A stretch of DNA of 64,000 bases from Thraustochytrium aureum (Eukaryota). The stretch covers positions 19,113-83,112 of the forward strand of contig BLSG01000273.1 in assembly GCA_012862495.1 (NCBI GenBank), in the 5' to 3' direction. The notes under the pieces are model-generated. The model was not told where the DNA came from. It did not search any database and was given only the letters and a program-made list of their open reading frames with translations. A program made the translations under genes and the position numbers. This document shows positions 12,074 to 23,855 of the stretch, in pieces (the first letter of the stretch is position 1; each line of letters begins with the position of its first letter).

Positions 12074-13793
12074 TCAGGTCAGCGGTGGAAGCAGCTTCCG
12101 AAGAGACGAAGCGAGCATCGCCCCCGACTGCGCGCGTGTCGCCTGGAGGACCCTGCTCGCCCGGCGCGCGCGAGCGGGTAGGAGGCTAACCTCTGTGCTG
12201 CTGGAGGGGTCTTTGCGCAACAGTCCGCGCTTGGCGCACTGCTTTGGCGAGCCGCCAGGAGAAGCTGGCGCTTGAAAACCTGGGGGGGCTTGCGGCATGC
12301 TCTCAGCTCCCTCCTCGGAGATGGATTCGCCCTCCAGGGACGAGAGCGGGCTCCGCGAGGAGGCGATGGCGGGCATCGATTTGCAGCCGTTCAAGGCGTG
12401 GCGCACGATAGGGCTTGGCCCAACGTGACGCGCCACCGCTGTAATCGGATCGCTCGCGCCGTTCGCGATAAGGGCGCGACATGTCTGCAAGTGGTTGTGG
12501 TGCGCAGCCCAATGGAACGGGGTTTGGCCCTTGAAGTCCGCATGGTTGACGTCTGCGCCGCACTTGATCAGAACAAGGCAGGTCTCGGTGTGGCCGCTTC
12601 CGGCGGCCCAGTGCAGCGCGTGCGCACTGCAATAATCGAGCATGTTGACGAGCGTGGGTTCCTTGTCGAGGAGAACGTGGCATATCTCCGTGTGGCCCTG
12701 TGCCGCCGCGGCCATAAGTGGCGACTTGCGGCGAAAGTCCGACGTCAGAGCGCAGGCCCCTGCTTCCAGCAATGCTCGGACGGTTTCGAGGTGGCCATTT
12801 GTGGCTGCCTTGAGCAGCGCCGTGGAGCCGTGCCTCGAGGCGGCGGAGAGGCTGGCGCCGTGCTCGACTAGCGCGATGCACGAGCTGGTGTGGCCGAGCT
12901 CGGCCGCCACTAGAAGAGCCGAGTAGCCGTCCGCGTTGGTGTCCTCGATGATGTCCGGGTGGATCGTGGCGAGCAGCGTGTCGCGGCACCCCGACCGGGC
13001 CGCGAGATGAAGTGGCGTGCACTGGTTGGAGTCGAGGCTGGTACGGGCAAAGCCGCCTTCAATGAGAACCTTGCACACCGCAGCCTGGCCGTGGCACGCG
13101 GCCACGTGCAACGCCGTTTGATTGCGGGATTCGGTTGTTGCGCGCGAGGCGCTTGCCGGCTCCACGGCGTCGAGGGCTGCAACGAGCAGCGCGCAAACAG
13201 CGGCATGGCCCTTCCGCGCGGCCCTGTGGCACGCTGTTTCGTGGTCCATGCCGGGCATCCCCGCATTGGCCCCACAACCGAGAAGCGCGCTGCACGTTTC
13301 CTCAGTGCCCGCGCTCGGCGGCAAGCATGAGTGGGGTTTCCATGCCGCTTGATAGTGCGTCCACGTGCGCTCCAGCAGCGCATAGATAGGCGACCGCATT
13401 TTGGTGCCCTGCTCTGGCGCACTTGTGCAACGCGGTGAGGCCGTCCTTGTCGCGGCACTCCACGTCGGTCCCAAAGGCGACTAGCTCGCGGCAAATATCT
13501 ACCAAGCCGAGCTTGGCGGCGCAGTGCAGTGCCGCTTTCCGCTCCAAGCTCGAGACGCCGACGGACGGGTCGTTCAATAAAAGCCGCACCGTTGTCAGCT
13601 GGCCGGCTTTGACTGCGTTGACCAGCCCTGGCTTGATCGCTTTTTTGGTCTTGCTCGCTCCGTGCGGCTTGCGACTTGTCACACTCTCGCTGCCGCTAAA
13701 GTATCCCGTGTCGCTTGCGCCCTGGGCTTTGTCGCCAGCTGGCTGGCCCTTGCGCCAGACCGAGGGCCGCGCTGCGTCCGTGGCGGCGTCCAT
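12074..13793 (-). CDS. Ankyrin-repeat protein (frameshift at ~13304)
   Basis: More than 10 tandem ankyrin repeats (TALHKCARAGH, TPLHLAARSG, SPLMAAAAQGH, TPFHWAAHHNH). One extra base after AERGH joins to EETCSALLGCGA. Confidence 0.9.
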
Positions 13794-15130
13794 GGGCTCT
13801 GCGCTTCGTCTCTGAGGCCGCCTCGCTGGGGCGAGGTCTGGCCTGTGCTTTGCTGCAACAGGCTGCAGAGGCCAGAGGCGCTCTCTTGCACTTGCCAGGG
13901 CATTATTGATTCGTGCTGCGAGACAACACTTCAAGTCCACTCGCAAACGGATCCGTGTCAGAGCCGGCGGCCTGGGGAATTCTCGTCTGTGTCCGCTCCC
14001 ATGCTGCGTCAGACCAGGGCTTTTTTATGGCCGGCTTGCTGCCCAAGCGGAGTGGGCCGCCGCCGCGGCGCCGAGTTCAACCCAGAAGGTGGAAGCCCGT
14101 TACGGATTTGTCCGTTCGGCAACTGCGGAGGCCTCGCAGCGCTAGCACGACGGGCTCGCCATTGCCCAGCCTCCAGCAAAGCAGCACCGTGACCAGGCCC
14201 GTTCGCCCTCCCAACAACAGCCACACCAACTGCATCTACGGCCGCGAGCGGCGGGCTCCGCGCCGCTCCCCGCGCTGCCTCACCGCACCGAACTCCCTCT
14301 ATTCCTCCACTCCCCTTGTCAAAGCAAGCAGCAAAAAATCCAGAGGGCCAAAACGAAAAACGCTAAGTACTTTTTTGGGAAAAAAAACAAAAAAACAAAA
14401 AACCACGGCATCGCACGCACTGCGGCACGCACGCGCCGCGGGGAGGTATCGAGGCCCAGACAAGAAAGACAGCCCGACATCGACCGCCCCGCAAGCCAAG
14501 CTGCGCAGCGCGCGAACGCCGAGCACATGCCGCAGGACTGCAGCGTTTTCTCTCCCTCGAAATCTATCTTTCAAGAAAACCAGTGGAAAGCATCGAGCAA
14601 TCAAAAAGGAACAGCGAACATGTCAAGAAGGTAAGCNNNNNNNNNNNNNNNNNNNNNNNNNNNNNNNNNNNNNNNNNNNNNNNNNNNNNNNNNNNNNNNN
14701 NNNNNNNNNNNNNNNNNNNNNNNNNNNNNNNNNNNNNNNNNNNNNNNNNNNNNNNNNNNNNNNNNNNNNNNNNNNNNNNNNNNNNNNNNNNNNNNNNNNN
14801 NNNNNNNNNNNNNNNNNNNNNNNNNNNNNNNNNAGGCAGCGCAGCCGCGGCTGGGTCTTGAAATACAGTTAAATGATAGCGGTGAGAGGGCCGGCGTGGA
14901 GCGACAGACGAGCGCGCAGCGGGACGGCGAGCAGGGCAGACACCCAACGCGCGCGAGGCAGAGGCAGGAGCCGGGCTGCACCAGCAGAGGCAGCGGGGCG
15001 GCCGAGGTGCGAGCGGGGGCGGAGCTGCTCGAAGGCGCGAGAGTGCGAGCGAGAGCGCGCTCCTGCGAGCGCGCCGCGAACGTGCGGGATCGTCCAACTG
15101 AGGCTGAGTAGCGCGAGCGGGCCAGCCAAG

Positions 15131-16813
15131 ATGCTTGCCAGGGCCGCGAGGAGCGGGATCCGCGCCAAGGCCGCCGTAGGCGCCAGGCGAGGCGGACGCG
15201 CGACTTTCCTGCAGCGCGCGCTGTTCTCGAGCGAGGCGGATGAGCTGCTCAACTCGGAGCGCGAGGCGATGGAGTACGACGTGGTGATCGTCGGAGCGGG
15301 CCCTGCAGGCCTCAGCGCTGCGATCCAACTGAAGAAACTGGAGGCGGAGCGCGCGGCTGCGGGCTCGGATGCCGAGCCGCTTTCGATCGCTGTGATCGAA
15401 AAAGGCGCAGAGGTTGGCGCCCACATCCTCTCGGGCAACGTGTTTCAGCCGACGTCCCTGGACGAGCTGATCCCGGACTGGCGCGAGAAGGGCGCTCTTG
15501 GCGACGACCCGACCCCCGTCAAGGAGGACAGGTTTGTCTTCCTGACGAGCGAGACCGGCGGGATCGCCGCGCCGAGCCTGCTCATCCCCCCGACGCTGCA
15601 CAACGACGGCAACTACATTATCAGCCTCGGGCAGCTCGTGCGCTGGCTCGGGCAGCAGGCCGAGGAGATGGGCGTGGAGATCCTACCCCGGCTTCCCCGC
15701 TGACGAGGTTCTGTACGACGAGGCCGGCGCCGTGGTGGGCGTCGCCACCAAGGACATGGGCGTGTCCAAGGAGGGGCTGCCCAAGGACACGTTCACGCGC
15801 GGCATGGAGCTGCGCGCCAAGCAGACCCTGTTCGCTGAGGGGGCGCGCGGGAGCTGCTCGGAGGCCATCATGAAGAAGTTTGACCTTCGCAAGGACGCTG
15901 ACATGCAGAGCTACGGCCTCGGCGTCAAGGAAGTTTGGGAGGTTCCCGCTGACAAGCACAAGCCCGGGTTCGTCCAGCACACGTTCGGCTGGCCGCTCGA
16001 CTCCAAGACGTACGGCGGGTCGTTCCTGTACCATATGAAGCCGAACAAGGTGCTTATCGGCTTCGTGGTGGGCCTGGACTACCAGAACCCGTACCTGAGC
16101 CCCTACCAGGAGTTCCAGCGCTTCAAGCACCACCCGATGGTCAAGGAGCACTTGGAGGGCGGCAGCTGCATCTCGTACGGCGCCCGCGTGATCAACGAGG
16201 GTGGCTACCAAGCCATCCCCAAGCTGACCTTCCCTGGCGGGGCCCTCATCGGCTGCTCGGCCGGCTTCTTGAACGTCCCCAAAGTCAAGGGCACGCACAC
16301 CGCGATGAAGAGCGGCATGATCGCCGCCGAGGCCGTGTTCGAGGCCCTCACCGAAGAGAACCAGCCCGAGGGCCAGCGCGAGGTGACTGGATACGCTGAC
16401 AAGATCAAGAAGAGCTCGGTCTACCAGGAGCTCAAGTCTGTCCGCAACTACGCGCCGACCTTCGCCAAGTGGGGCCTTTACGGTGGTGTGCTATACAGCG
16501 GGCTGAGTGGCTTCATCCTCCGCGGAATGGAGCCCTGGACCTTCTCAAAGCACGGCAAGACACGCGACTGCGACCTGACCAAGCCTGCTGCCGAGTGCAC
16601 CCCGATCGAGTACCCCAAGCCGGACGGCGTGCTGTCGTTTGACATCCTCACCAACCTGGCGCGCAGCGGAACCAACCACGAGGGCGACCAGCCCTCGCAC
16701 CTCAAGGTCAAGCCAGAGCAGAAGGGGACGCCCAAGGTCTCCATCACGAAATACGCCGGCCCGGAGCAGCGTTTTTGCCCTGCCAAGGTGTACGAGTACA
16801 CGGAGGCGGAGGA
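15131..16813 (+). CDS. ETFDH: Electron transfer flavoprotein-ubiquinone oxidoreductase, mitochondrial (frameshift ~15682; 3' end in gap)
   Basis: Arg/Ala-rich transit peptide, DVVIVGAGPAGLSAA, GAHILSG, KGTHTAMKSGM and PEQRFCPAKVYE. Removing one C gives the conserved EIYPGF. Confidence 0.97.
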
Positions 16814-17754
16814 NNNNNNNNNNNNNNNNNNNNNNNNNNNNNNNNNNNNNNNNNNNNNNNNNNNNNNNNNNNNNNNNNNNNNNNNNNNNNNNNNNNNNNN
16901 NNNNNNNNNNNNNNNNNNNNNNNNNNNNNNNNNNNNNNNNNNNNNNNNNNNNNNNNNNNNNNNNNNNNNNNNNNNNNNNNNNNNNNNNNNNNNNNNNNNN
17001 NNNNNNNNNNNNNNNNNNNNNNNNNNNNNNNNNNNNNNNNNNNNNNNNNNNNNNNNNNNNNNNNNNNNNNNNNNNNNNNNNNNNNNNNNNNNNNNNNNNN
17101 NNNNNNNNNNNNNNNNNNNNNNNNNNNNNNNNNNNNNNNNNNNNNNNNNNNNNNNNNNNNNNNNNNNNNNNNNNNNNNNNNNNNNNNNNNNNNNNNNNNN
17201 NNNNNNNNNNNNNNNNNNNNNNNNNNNNNNNNNNNNNNNNNNNNNNNNNNNNNNNNNNNNNNNNNNNNNNNNNNNNNNNNNNNNNNNNNNNNNNNNNNNN
17301 NNNNNNNNNNNNNNNNNNNNNNNNNNNNNNNNNNNNNNNNNNNNNNNNNNNNNNNNNNNNNNNNNNNNNNNNNNNNNNNNNNNNNNNNNNNNNNNNNNNN
17401 NNNNNNNNNNNNNNNNNNNNNNNNNNNNNNNNNNNNNNNNNNNNNNNNNNNNNNNNNNNNNNNNNNNNNNNNNNNNNNNNNNNNNNNNNNNNNNNNNNNN
17501 NNNNNNNNNNNNNNNNNNNNNNNNNNNNNNNNNNNNNNNNNNNNNNNNNNNNNNNNNNNNNNNNNNNNNNNNNNNNNNNNNNNNNNNNNNNNNNNNNNNN
17601 NNCGCCTTGCGTATCCCTTCGGCCAGCGCTTCCGCGTGCTGCCGGAAGCCTGCGGCCGCCATCGCTGCACCGGCCGCCACCTACTGCGCCGTCAGCCCAG
17701 CCACCCGAAAGCACCGCGCAACGATCTGGCTGAGCCAGCCCAGCCCGCCGCACC

Positions 17755-17908
17755 CGTGCAGCAGCAGCAGCAGCAGCAGCAGCAGGCAGCAGTGGCGGCG
17801 GCAACGAGCAGCTCCGGCGCCGCCGTCCAAACCGCCGCCCTTCGCCCTCCACCTCCAATCCAGACCCGGCCAGACAGCAGCAGCAGCAGCAGCAGCAGCA
17901 GGACCCCG

Positions 17909-17939
<31 letters not shown>

Positions 17940-17942
17940 CCA
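17755..17942. repeat. Three (CAG)n microsatellite tracts
   Basis: CAG runs at ~17757-17790, ~17874-17900 and ~17915-17940 in an intergenic/5' region. Confidence 0.9.
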
Positions 17943-18234
17943 GCACTGGCCCGAGCGCCTCGCTGTCCTCGCGCACAGGCCAGGGTGTCCTCGCGGACCG
18001 GCCGCGATCGGTGTCTACATACACCTGCCTGCCTGCCTGCTTGCTTGCGCGAGGATGTCAGTCGAGGACAGGGCAAACCCCGAACTCGCTGGGGCTCGCG
18101 CTGGAGCGAACCGCGCGCGAAGGCTTGGTGGACGAGCTGGCGGAAGGCGCGGCTAGCCCCGAAGCCGAAGAGGCTGGCGCTGCGCGGAGCGGGCTGGCTG
18201 GGTCGGTGCGGCCGTGGTGGAGGTCGGCGGCGGG

Positions 18235-19629
18235 ATGATTCGGATTGACTCGCCGCCGTCCACGCCGAGGATGCTCTCGGACCCAGAGGCGAGGTCGGCG
18301 GACATTCGGGTGAAGGGCGCGCAAGCGCTCGGGGTGGTCAGGGCGATGGTCAGGTTTAAGAGGCTGCGGGAGAGGGTGCGGCGGAGGAAGGCCATTGCGT
18401 TTGCGAAGCAGACGGCATTGGCCATGTTTGTCGCCTTTGTCATGGTCATGCAGGTCGCCTCGGCGCTGAGCGAGGGGCTGAGGCAGTCGCTAAGGTTTGT
18501 GGCGTTTGGCGCAGGGGCTGTGGTCGCTGCGGCGGTCGCGCTCGTCGTCCTTCTTGTGAGGGTCGCGTGGCGGCGCTGGCCGGTCCCGGCTATCGTAGCG
18601 CCGCAAAAGCCGATCTCAGTGGCGGAGGTGGAAGCGCTGGCGCAGTCGGGAGACATAATACTCTTCAGCTACCCGATAAACTTTTGCGGGTTCTTCTCGG
18701 GGTACGCAATCGACATCCTCGAAACCGTCGCGCTCAAGCTCCAGGCGCGCACGCAGTGGACGCACGTGGGCGTCGTGCTTCGCATGCCAAACGGCAACGT
18801 CTACTTGTGCGAGGCCACAACAGATGGCGAGGTCAGCGGCCACGTGGGGCCGGGCTTCTCGCGGCTCTCGAAGCGGCTGCAGAACAGCTACCAGTACGAC
18901 ATGATCGCGTGGCGCCGGGCCGCGTGGAACGTCAGCACCGAGGTTCGGCGCGAGCGCGAGCACGCCACCTTCGACTGGATCCTGCAAATGTACGCCGAGC
19001 AGCAGATCGCCCGCTACCGGCTCGATATCTTTCGTGCAAGCGGAAAGATCGCCTACGATTTGGGCTTTCGCGAGTATGGCCGGCTCATGATCGCTGCTGG
19101 GTATCCGTTCGAGTTTGACTGCTGTCACTTTGCGAGCTGCGTGCTCCTCAAGCTCGGCATCCTCTCCAACAAGCCTGAGGAGACGTTCCGGATCCACGCT
19201 ATACCCAATTTTTGCGTGGAGGGCGAGAGCGACAGCGCCTACGGCCTCGACTTTAGCCGGGAAGCCAAGGAAGGCTATGGCCCGCAGGTTCTCATCGACG
19301 TCCCCCGCGTAAAGGCCGCCGACGCAGCGTCGCTTGCTTTCGCAGCGCTACCACGAAGAGACAATCGCGGGCACCTCGACCTCGTCGCGGCACCTCCACT
19401 CCGACTGACGACGCTCCGCGCCAAAGCCCGCGACAAAAAGTCAAAATGGCCGCCGCCACTGCCGCCGCCGCGACAAAAAGGCAAAATGGCCGCCGCCGCG
19501 ACAAAAAAACGAAGCGCGCAGGCCGCTCGTGTGGGCCGGCAGCCAGGTCTGGAGCCCGCAGGCCGGGCGCGACCCGTAGGCTTCGTTTGTTCGATTGCCT
19601 CGATTGTTTTGGCGGTTGCAGACACCTGA
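18235..19629 (+). CDS. Membrane-anchored permuted papain-like NlpC/P60 (YiiX/YaeF-like) protein
   Basis: Two N-terminal hydrophobic helices, then QSGDIILF, WTHVGVV (His), YLCEA and a later FDCCHF (Cys), i.e. the His-before-Cys permuted order. The C-terminal tail is uncertain. Confidence 0.7.
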   Translation: MIRIDSPPSTPRMLSDPEARSADIRVKGAQALGVVRAMVRFKRLRERVRRRKAIAFAKQTALAMFVAFVMVMQVASALSEGLRQSLRFVAFGAGAVVAAAVALVVLLVRVAWRRWPVPAIVAPQKPISVAEVEALAQSGDIILFSYPINFCGFFSGYAIDILETVALKLQARTQWTHVGVVLRMPNGNVYLCEATTDGEVSGHVGPGFSRLSKRLQNSYQYDMIAWRRAAWNVSTEVRREREHATFDWILQMYAEQQIARYRLDIFRASGKIAYDLGFREYGRLMIAAGYPFEFDCCHFASCVLLKLGILSNKPEETFRIHAIPNFCVEGESDSAYGLDFSREAKEGYGPQVLIDVPRVKAADAASLAFAALPRRDNRGHLDLVAAPPLRLTTLRAKARDKKSKWPPPLPPPRQKGKMAAAATKKRSAQAARVGRQPGLEPAGRARPVGFVCSIASIVLAVADT

Positions 19630-19830
19630 CTCGCCGCCGTCGTCGCGGGGCCGAGCCCGAGCTCGCGGACTAGCCGGCCAGCTCGCTGGCTGACTGGCTG
19701 GGGCCTGGCTCGGGGCCGGCGGTGGCCATCGCTCGTCCCAATCTGGCGATCGGCGTGGCGGGGACCTGCCTCGACGTTCGGCAGGTCTCCCGTTTTTGAT
19801 CGACACGGACGGCGCCATTTTTTTGCTGCG

Positions 19831-22161
19831 ATGAAGCGCCGCGGAGGCGTCCCAGACTCGCGCGCGGCAACGGCCGGCCGGGGCCAGGCGCTCTCGATGG
19901 CGGATCTAGAGACCGAGTTTGAGCGCGCAGTTCGCTCGCTGAGGGACTCGGGGCGCGTGGCGAGTTGGAGTGAGCAAGAGGGTGGCCGAGCCAGTGCGAC
20001 CGAAGGTGGCCGAGCTAGAGCGACCGAAGGTGTCCGAGCTAGAGCGACCGAAGGTGGCCGAGCTAGAGCGACCGAAGGTGGCCTCGCGGCGACCGCAGAC
20101 TCGTCGCTGAGGGAGGTCGGGGTGGCTGTTGACGCTTCCTTAACGANNNNNNNNNNNNNNNNNNNNNNNNNNNNNNNNNNNNNNNNNNNNNNNNNNNNNN
20201 NNNNNNNNNNNNNNNNNNNNNNNNNNNNNNNNNNNNNNNNNNNNNNNNNNNNNNNNNNNNNNNNNNNNNNNNNNNNCCTTGCTGAGCTGCGCGGGATCCA
20301 GCACGAGATAGACGAGTACGCGCGGCTGCGCGAAGAGCGAAGACGCATGGCCAACCCGGCGCCAGGCCGCAAAGGGTCCAGAACGACCAGGGGCAATGCA
20401 CTACAGCATGGCGTCGAGCAAGCCGCAGAGCTAGACTTGGCGCGTCGTAGACTCTCTTCAACCCTACGGGAACAGGCCGGTGCCGTCGACGAGGACCCGC
20501 CGGCTGGCGGCCCTGAAAGGTTTCAGCCAGCCGCAGCGGACCCGCCGCGGCCTGGGCGAGACCGCGCGCCGGGGAAGTCACAAGCAGACGCCCTGGCCCT
20601 CTCAGCTCGCACAATGGAAGCGTACTTTGAGCGCGAGAACGAAGACTTGAACGACATTGTGAGGGACCACTTTGACCGTGCCGGAATCCGCGGCATCCGG
20701 CGCGTTGGCGAGGAGCTCTCAAGGCAACGCAAGCTGTCGCTGATGGAGCAACGAGATGCGTTTGAGACGCGAAATGAGGCACTTTTAGCCAAACTGCGGG
20801 CCGAGTATGAGGCCGCGTTGGAGCTTGAAAAGGCCAAGCTCCGCGAGGAATACGATGAGGACCTGCGCGAGAGGGAAGCTGCAGTCCGGGACGAGTTTTC
20901 GGCGCACGCGCGGCGGGAGGCGCTCGAGCTGTATCGCGAAGAGCTTGACCGCGCCATTGCAGCGAAAGTGGGGCGCGTGCGGGAGAAGCTGCTCCAGGAC
21001 CAGCGCGCCGAACTTGAATCTCTTTCCAAGAGCAAGCTCGAGGAGAAGGAGCGCGAGATTGACACAGCCAGGCGCGCGCTCGAGCAGGACTTTGCTTTGC
21101 GCCAGGACGAGACTCTTCGCGAATTGGAAGCGGCCCTTGAAGAGGGCGCCCGCCAAGCACGCGAGACCCTCGTAGAGAAGCTCGAGGCGGAGGCAGACAA
21201 AGCTGCGCGTCTCGTGGAAGAGCGATGGGCCGAACGGCGAGCGCGGAGCCTTGGAGAGCTGCGGTCGCAATTGGCGCAAGCAAAGCAAGCTAGGCTCGCG
21301 CAGATCAACAAGGACGAAGCGGACATGCAGGCGGCAGAGGAGGGCCAGCTCCGCGCTGACGCGCATGAGGCCATGTTTCGCGAGTCGGCGGAGCAACTCG
21401 AAGCAGCGCGGAAGGCCCGGGCAGCCGCCCTCTCCCGGCTGCGCGCGGAACTAGAGACCAAGTCGTCGAACGAGTCGCTGGAGCTGCAGAGGTCGCTCCA
21501 GCTGGACCTGGAACGAGCGCGCGAGGACCTGCACAAGCAGCTTGAGGGGCGCCTCGCGGCTGCACTCGCCGAAGAGCAGACCAAGATGGAAGCGGAGACA
21601 AAGCGAACGCTGGACGCCCTAGAGGCGAGCTTTGCGCAGAAGCTGCGAGGCGCTCGCCAGGCGTACCAAGACTTTCGGCGGGCCTCTGCAATCGACAGCC
21701 AGGAAAGCGCCGCTACCGCCGCTGCGGAAGGCGACGGTGACGAATCTGGCAGCGCCGAAAGCGAGGGCGAAAGCAGCTCCAGAGCGGCTACCCAGCCCAA
21801 AGCTCTGCGCTTCTCGGCGCCGCGTATAATCACGTGCACAAAGGAAGGCGAGCGCGCCGTTCGGCATTTGCTCGAAAGCCTCTGCGCTTCCCACGCAGAG
21901 CTCGTCGAGCGCTTAAGGCGCGCACAGACGCAGCTATCGCGCGTGACGAGAGACCTTGTCGCAGCGCGCTCGCTCCAAGAGGCCGGGAGCGGCGACATGG
22001 CCGCGCTGCGAGCGGAGCTCCAGGAGAACAAGCGCCTCGTCGCCAAGCTGTTTGCCGCGAACAAGAACTTGAAAGAGTTGGAGCTCAACTCTGCCAAAAA
22101 CAACGTGAAGGAGGCCAAAGCCGAGGGGATCGAAGATGGCCGCCCCGAGCGCCGTCTCTAG
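19831..22161 (+). CDS. Long coiled-coil protein of unknown function
   Basis: 776-aa ORF rich in E/R/A/L heptads, read across a short gap; no recognised domain. Confidence 0.75.
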   Translation: MKRRGGVPDSRAATAGRGQALSMADLETEFERAVRSLRDSGRVASWSEQEGGRASATEGGRARATEGVRARATEGGRARATEGGLAATADSSLREVGVAVDASLTXXXXXXXXXXXXXXXXXXXXXXXXXXXXXXXXXXXXXXXXXXXXLAELRGIQHEIDEYARLREERRRMANPAPGRKGSRTTRGNALQHGVEQAAELDLARRRLSSTLREQAGAVDEDPPAGGPERFQPAAADPPRPGRDRAPGKSQADALALSARTMEAYFERENEDLNDIVRDHFDRAGIRGIRRVGEELSRQRKLSLMEQRDAFETRNEALLAKLRAEYEAALELEKAKLREEYDEDLREREAAVRDEFSAHARREALELYREELDRAIAAKVGRVREKLLQDQRAELESLSKSKLEEKEREIDTARRALEQDFALRQDETLRELEAALEEGARQARETLVEKLEAEADKAARLVEERWAERRARSLGELRSQLAQAKQARLAQINKDEADMQAAEEGQLRADAHEAMFRESAEQLEAARKARAAALSRLRAELETKSSNESLELQRSLQLDLERAREDLHKQLEGRLAAALAEEQTKMEAETKRTLDALEASFAQKLRGARQAYQDFRRASAIDSQESAATAAAEGDGDESGSAESEGESSSRAATQPKALRFSAPRIITCTKEGERAVRHLLESLCASHAELVERLRRAQTQLSRVTRDLVAARSLQEAGSGDMAALRAELQENKRLVAKLFAANKNLKELELNSAKNNVKEAKAEGIEDGRPERRL
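19978..20094 (+). repeat. 24-bp coding tandem repeat, ~5 copies (EGGRARAT)
   Basis: gaaggtggccgagctagagcgacc repeated with few substitutions. Confidence 0.9.
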
Positions 22162-23855
22162 CTCAAGTGAGCTCTAGCAACTAGAGAGGGACGTGTCATA
22201 GCCAAGCGCTGGAAGCCTGCAAGTGTGAAGAACGAATACTCGAGATTTCCAAACTTCTTACAGAAGGTCTTGCTGCAGCTCGCCCTCCATGCCAGTGGGG
22301 GCTCGACCAGTGGAGGCTCGACCGGGTGCCTTTGGTCGTTTAGGGAGTGACGGCGGTCCAACGACGCCCCCCGGGCTGGCGGCGTCAAAGCACTCGCGGT
22401 CGTCAGGCTGCCGCTTTCGGTCGCTTTCGTGTTGGGCTCGCCTCTTCCAATACCGCGAGGTGCGCAATACGCTAGCTTTGATTTGCTCTGCGAGGGTTCG
22501 GAGAGCCACCCNNNNNNNNNNNNNNNNNNNNNNNNNNNNNNNNNNNNNNNNNNNNNNNNNNNNNNNNNNNNNNNNNNNNNNNNNNNNNNNNNNNNNNNNN
22601 NNNNNNNNNNNNNNNNNNNNNNNNNNNNNNNNNNNNNNNNNNNNNNNNNNNNNNNNNNNNNNNNNNNNNNNNNNNNNNNNNNNNNNNNNNNNNNNNNNNN
22701 NNNNNNNNNNNNNNNNNNNNNNNNNNNNNNNNNNNNNNNNNNNNNNNNNNNNNNNNNNNNNNNNNNNNNNNNNNNNNNNNNNNNNNNNNNNNNNNNNNNN
22801 NNNNNNNNNNNNNNNNNNNNNNNNNNNNNNNNNNNNNNNNNNNNNNNNNNNNNNNNNNNNNNNNNNNNNNNNNNNNNNNNNNNNNNNNNNNNNNNNNNNN
22901 NNNNNNNNNNNNNNNNNNNNNNNNNNNNNNNNNNNNNNNNNNNNNNNNNNNNNNNNNNNNNNNNNNNNNNNNNNNNNNNNNNNNNNNNNNNNNNNNNNNN
23001 NNNNNNNNNNNNNNNNNNNNNNNNNNNNNNNNNNNNNNNNNNNNNNNNNNNNNNNNNNNNNNNNNNNNNNNNNNNNNNNNNNNNNNNNNNNNNNNNNNNN
23101 NNNNNNNNNNNNNNNNNNNNNNNNNNNNNNNNNNNNNNNNNNNNNNNNNNNNNNNNNNNNNNNNNNNNNNNNNNNNNNNNNNNNNNNNNNNNNNNNNNNN
23201 NNNNNNNNNNNNNNNNNNNNNNNNNNNNNNNNNNNNNNNNNNNNNNNNNNNNNNNNNNNNNNNNNNNNNNNNNNNNNNNNNNNNNNNNNNNNNNNNNNNN
23301 NNNNNNNNNNNNNNNNNNNNNNNNNNNNNNNNNNNNNNNNNNNNNNNNNNNNNNNNNNNNNNNNNNNNNNNNNNNNNNNNNNNNNNNNNNNNNNNNNNNN
23401 NNNNNNNNNNNNNNNNNNNNNNNNNNNNNNNNNNNACGGACGGACGCACTCAGCGCGGTCAGGGCGACGACGTAGCGGGTCTGGACCTCGCTGGCGCCGC
23501 CATGGACCGCAGCCGACGCCAGCTCCGCGCGGGCGGCGGCAACGCGAAGAAAACCGCCTACCGCCGAGTGGATACGAGAAGCTCCGCCGCGCGCCTCGCC
23601 CGCCGCGCTCGCCGTCGGCGTCCTCAGCGTTGACCATCGCGAGGCATTCGCGAGTCCGACCGATGTGCTGCGACGGTCCCAGTCATTGCCCGAACACCGA
23701 AAGGAAAGCAGCGCACTCGGCGAGAGAGCGGCTCGGAGCACTGCGAAGGACGACGCGGCGGCAGGCGCAAGTGGCTCGTTGGCAGAGGAGGTCGGCTCGC
23801 GGCGTGGCTCAGCACCGGAGGCGGGACACGGAGAGAAGAAAGTACCGAAAAGATC

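Noticed and set aside
17602..17662. Possible minus-strand gene start MAAAGFRQHAEALAEGIRKA running into a gap
   Set aside because: Only ~20 codons visible; cannot be supported.
22162..23741. Possible minus-strand gene spanning gap 22512-23435
   Set aside because: The flanks give no recognisable protein and most of the region is N.
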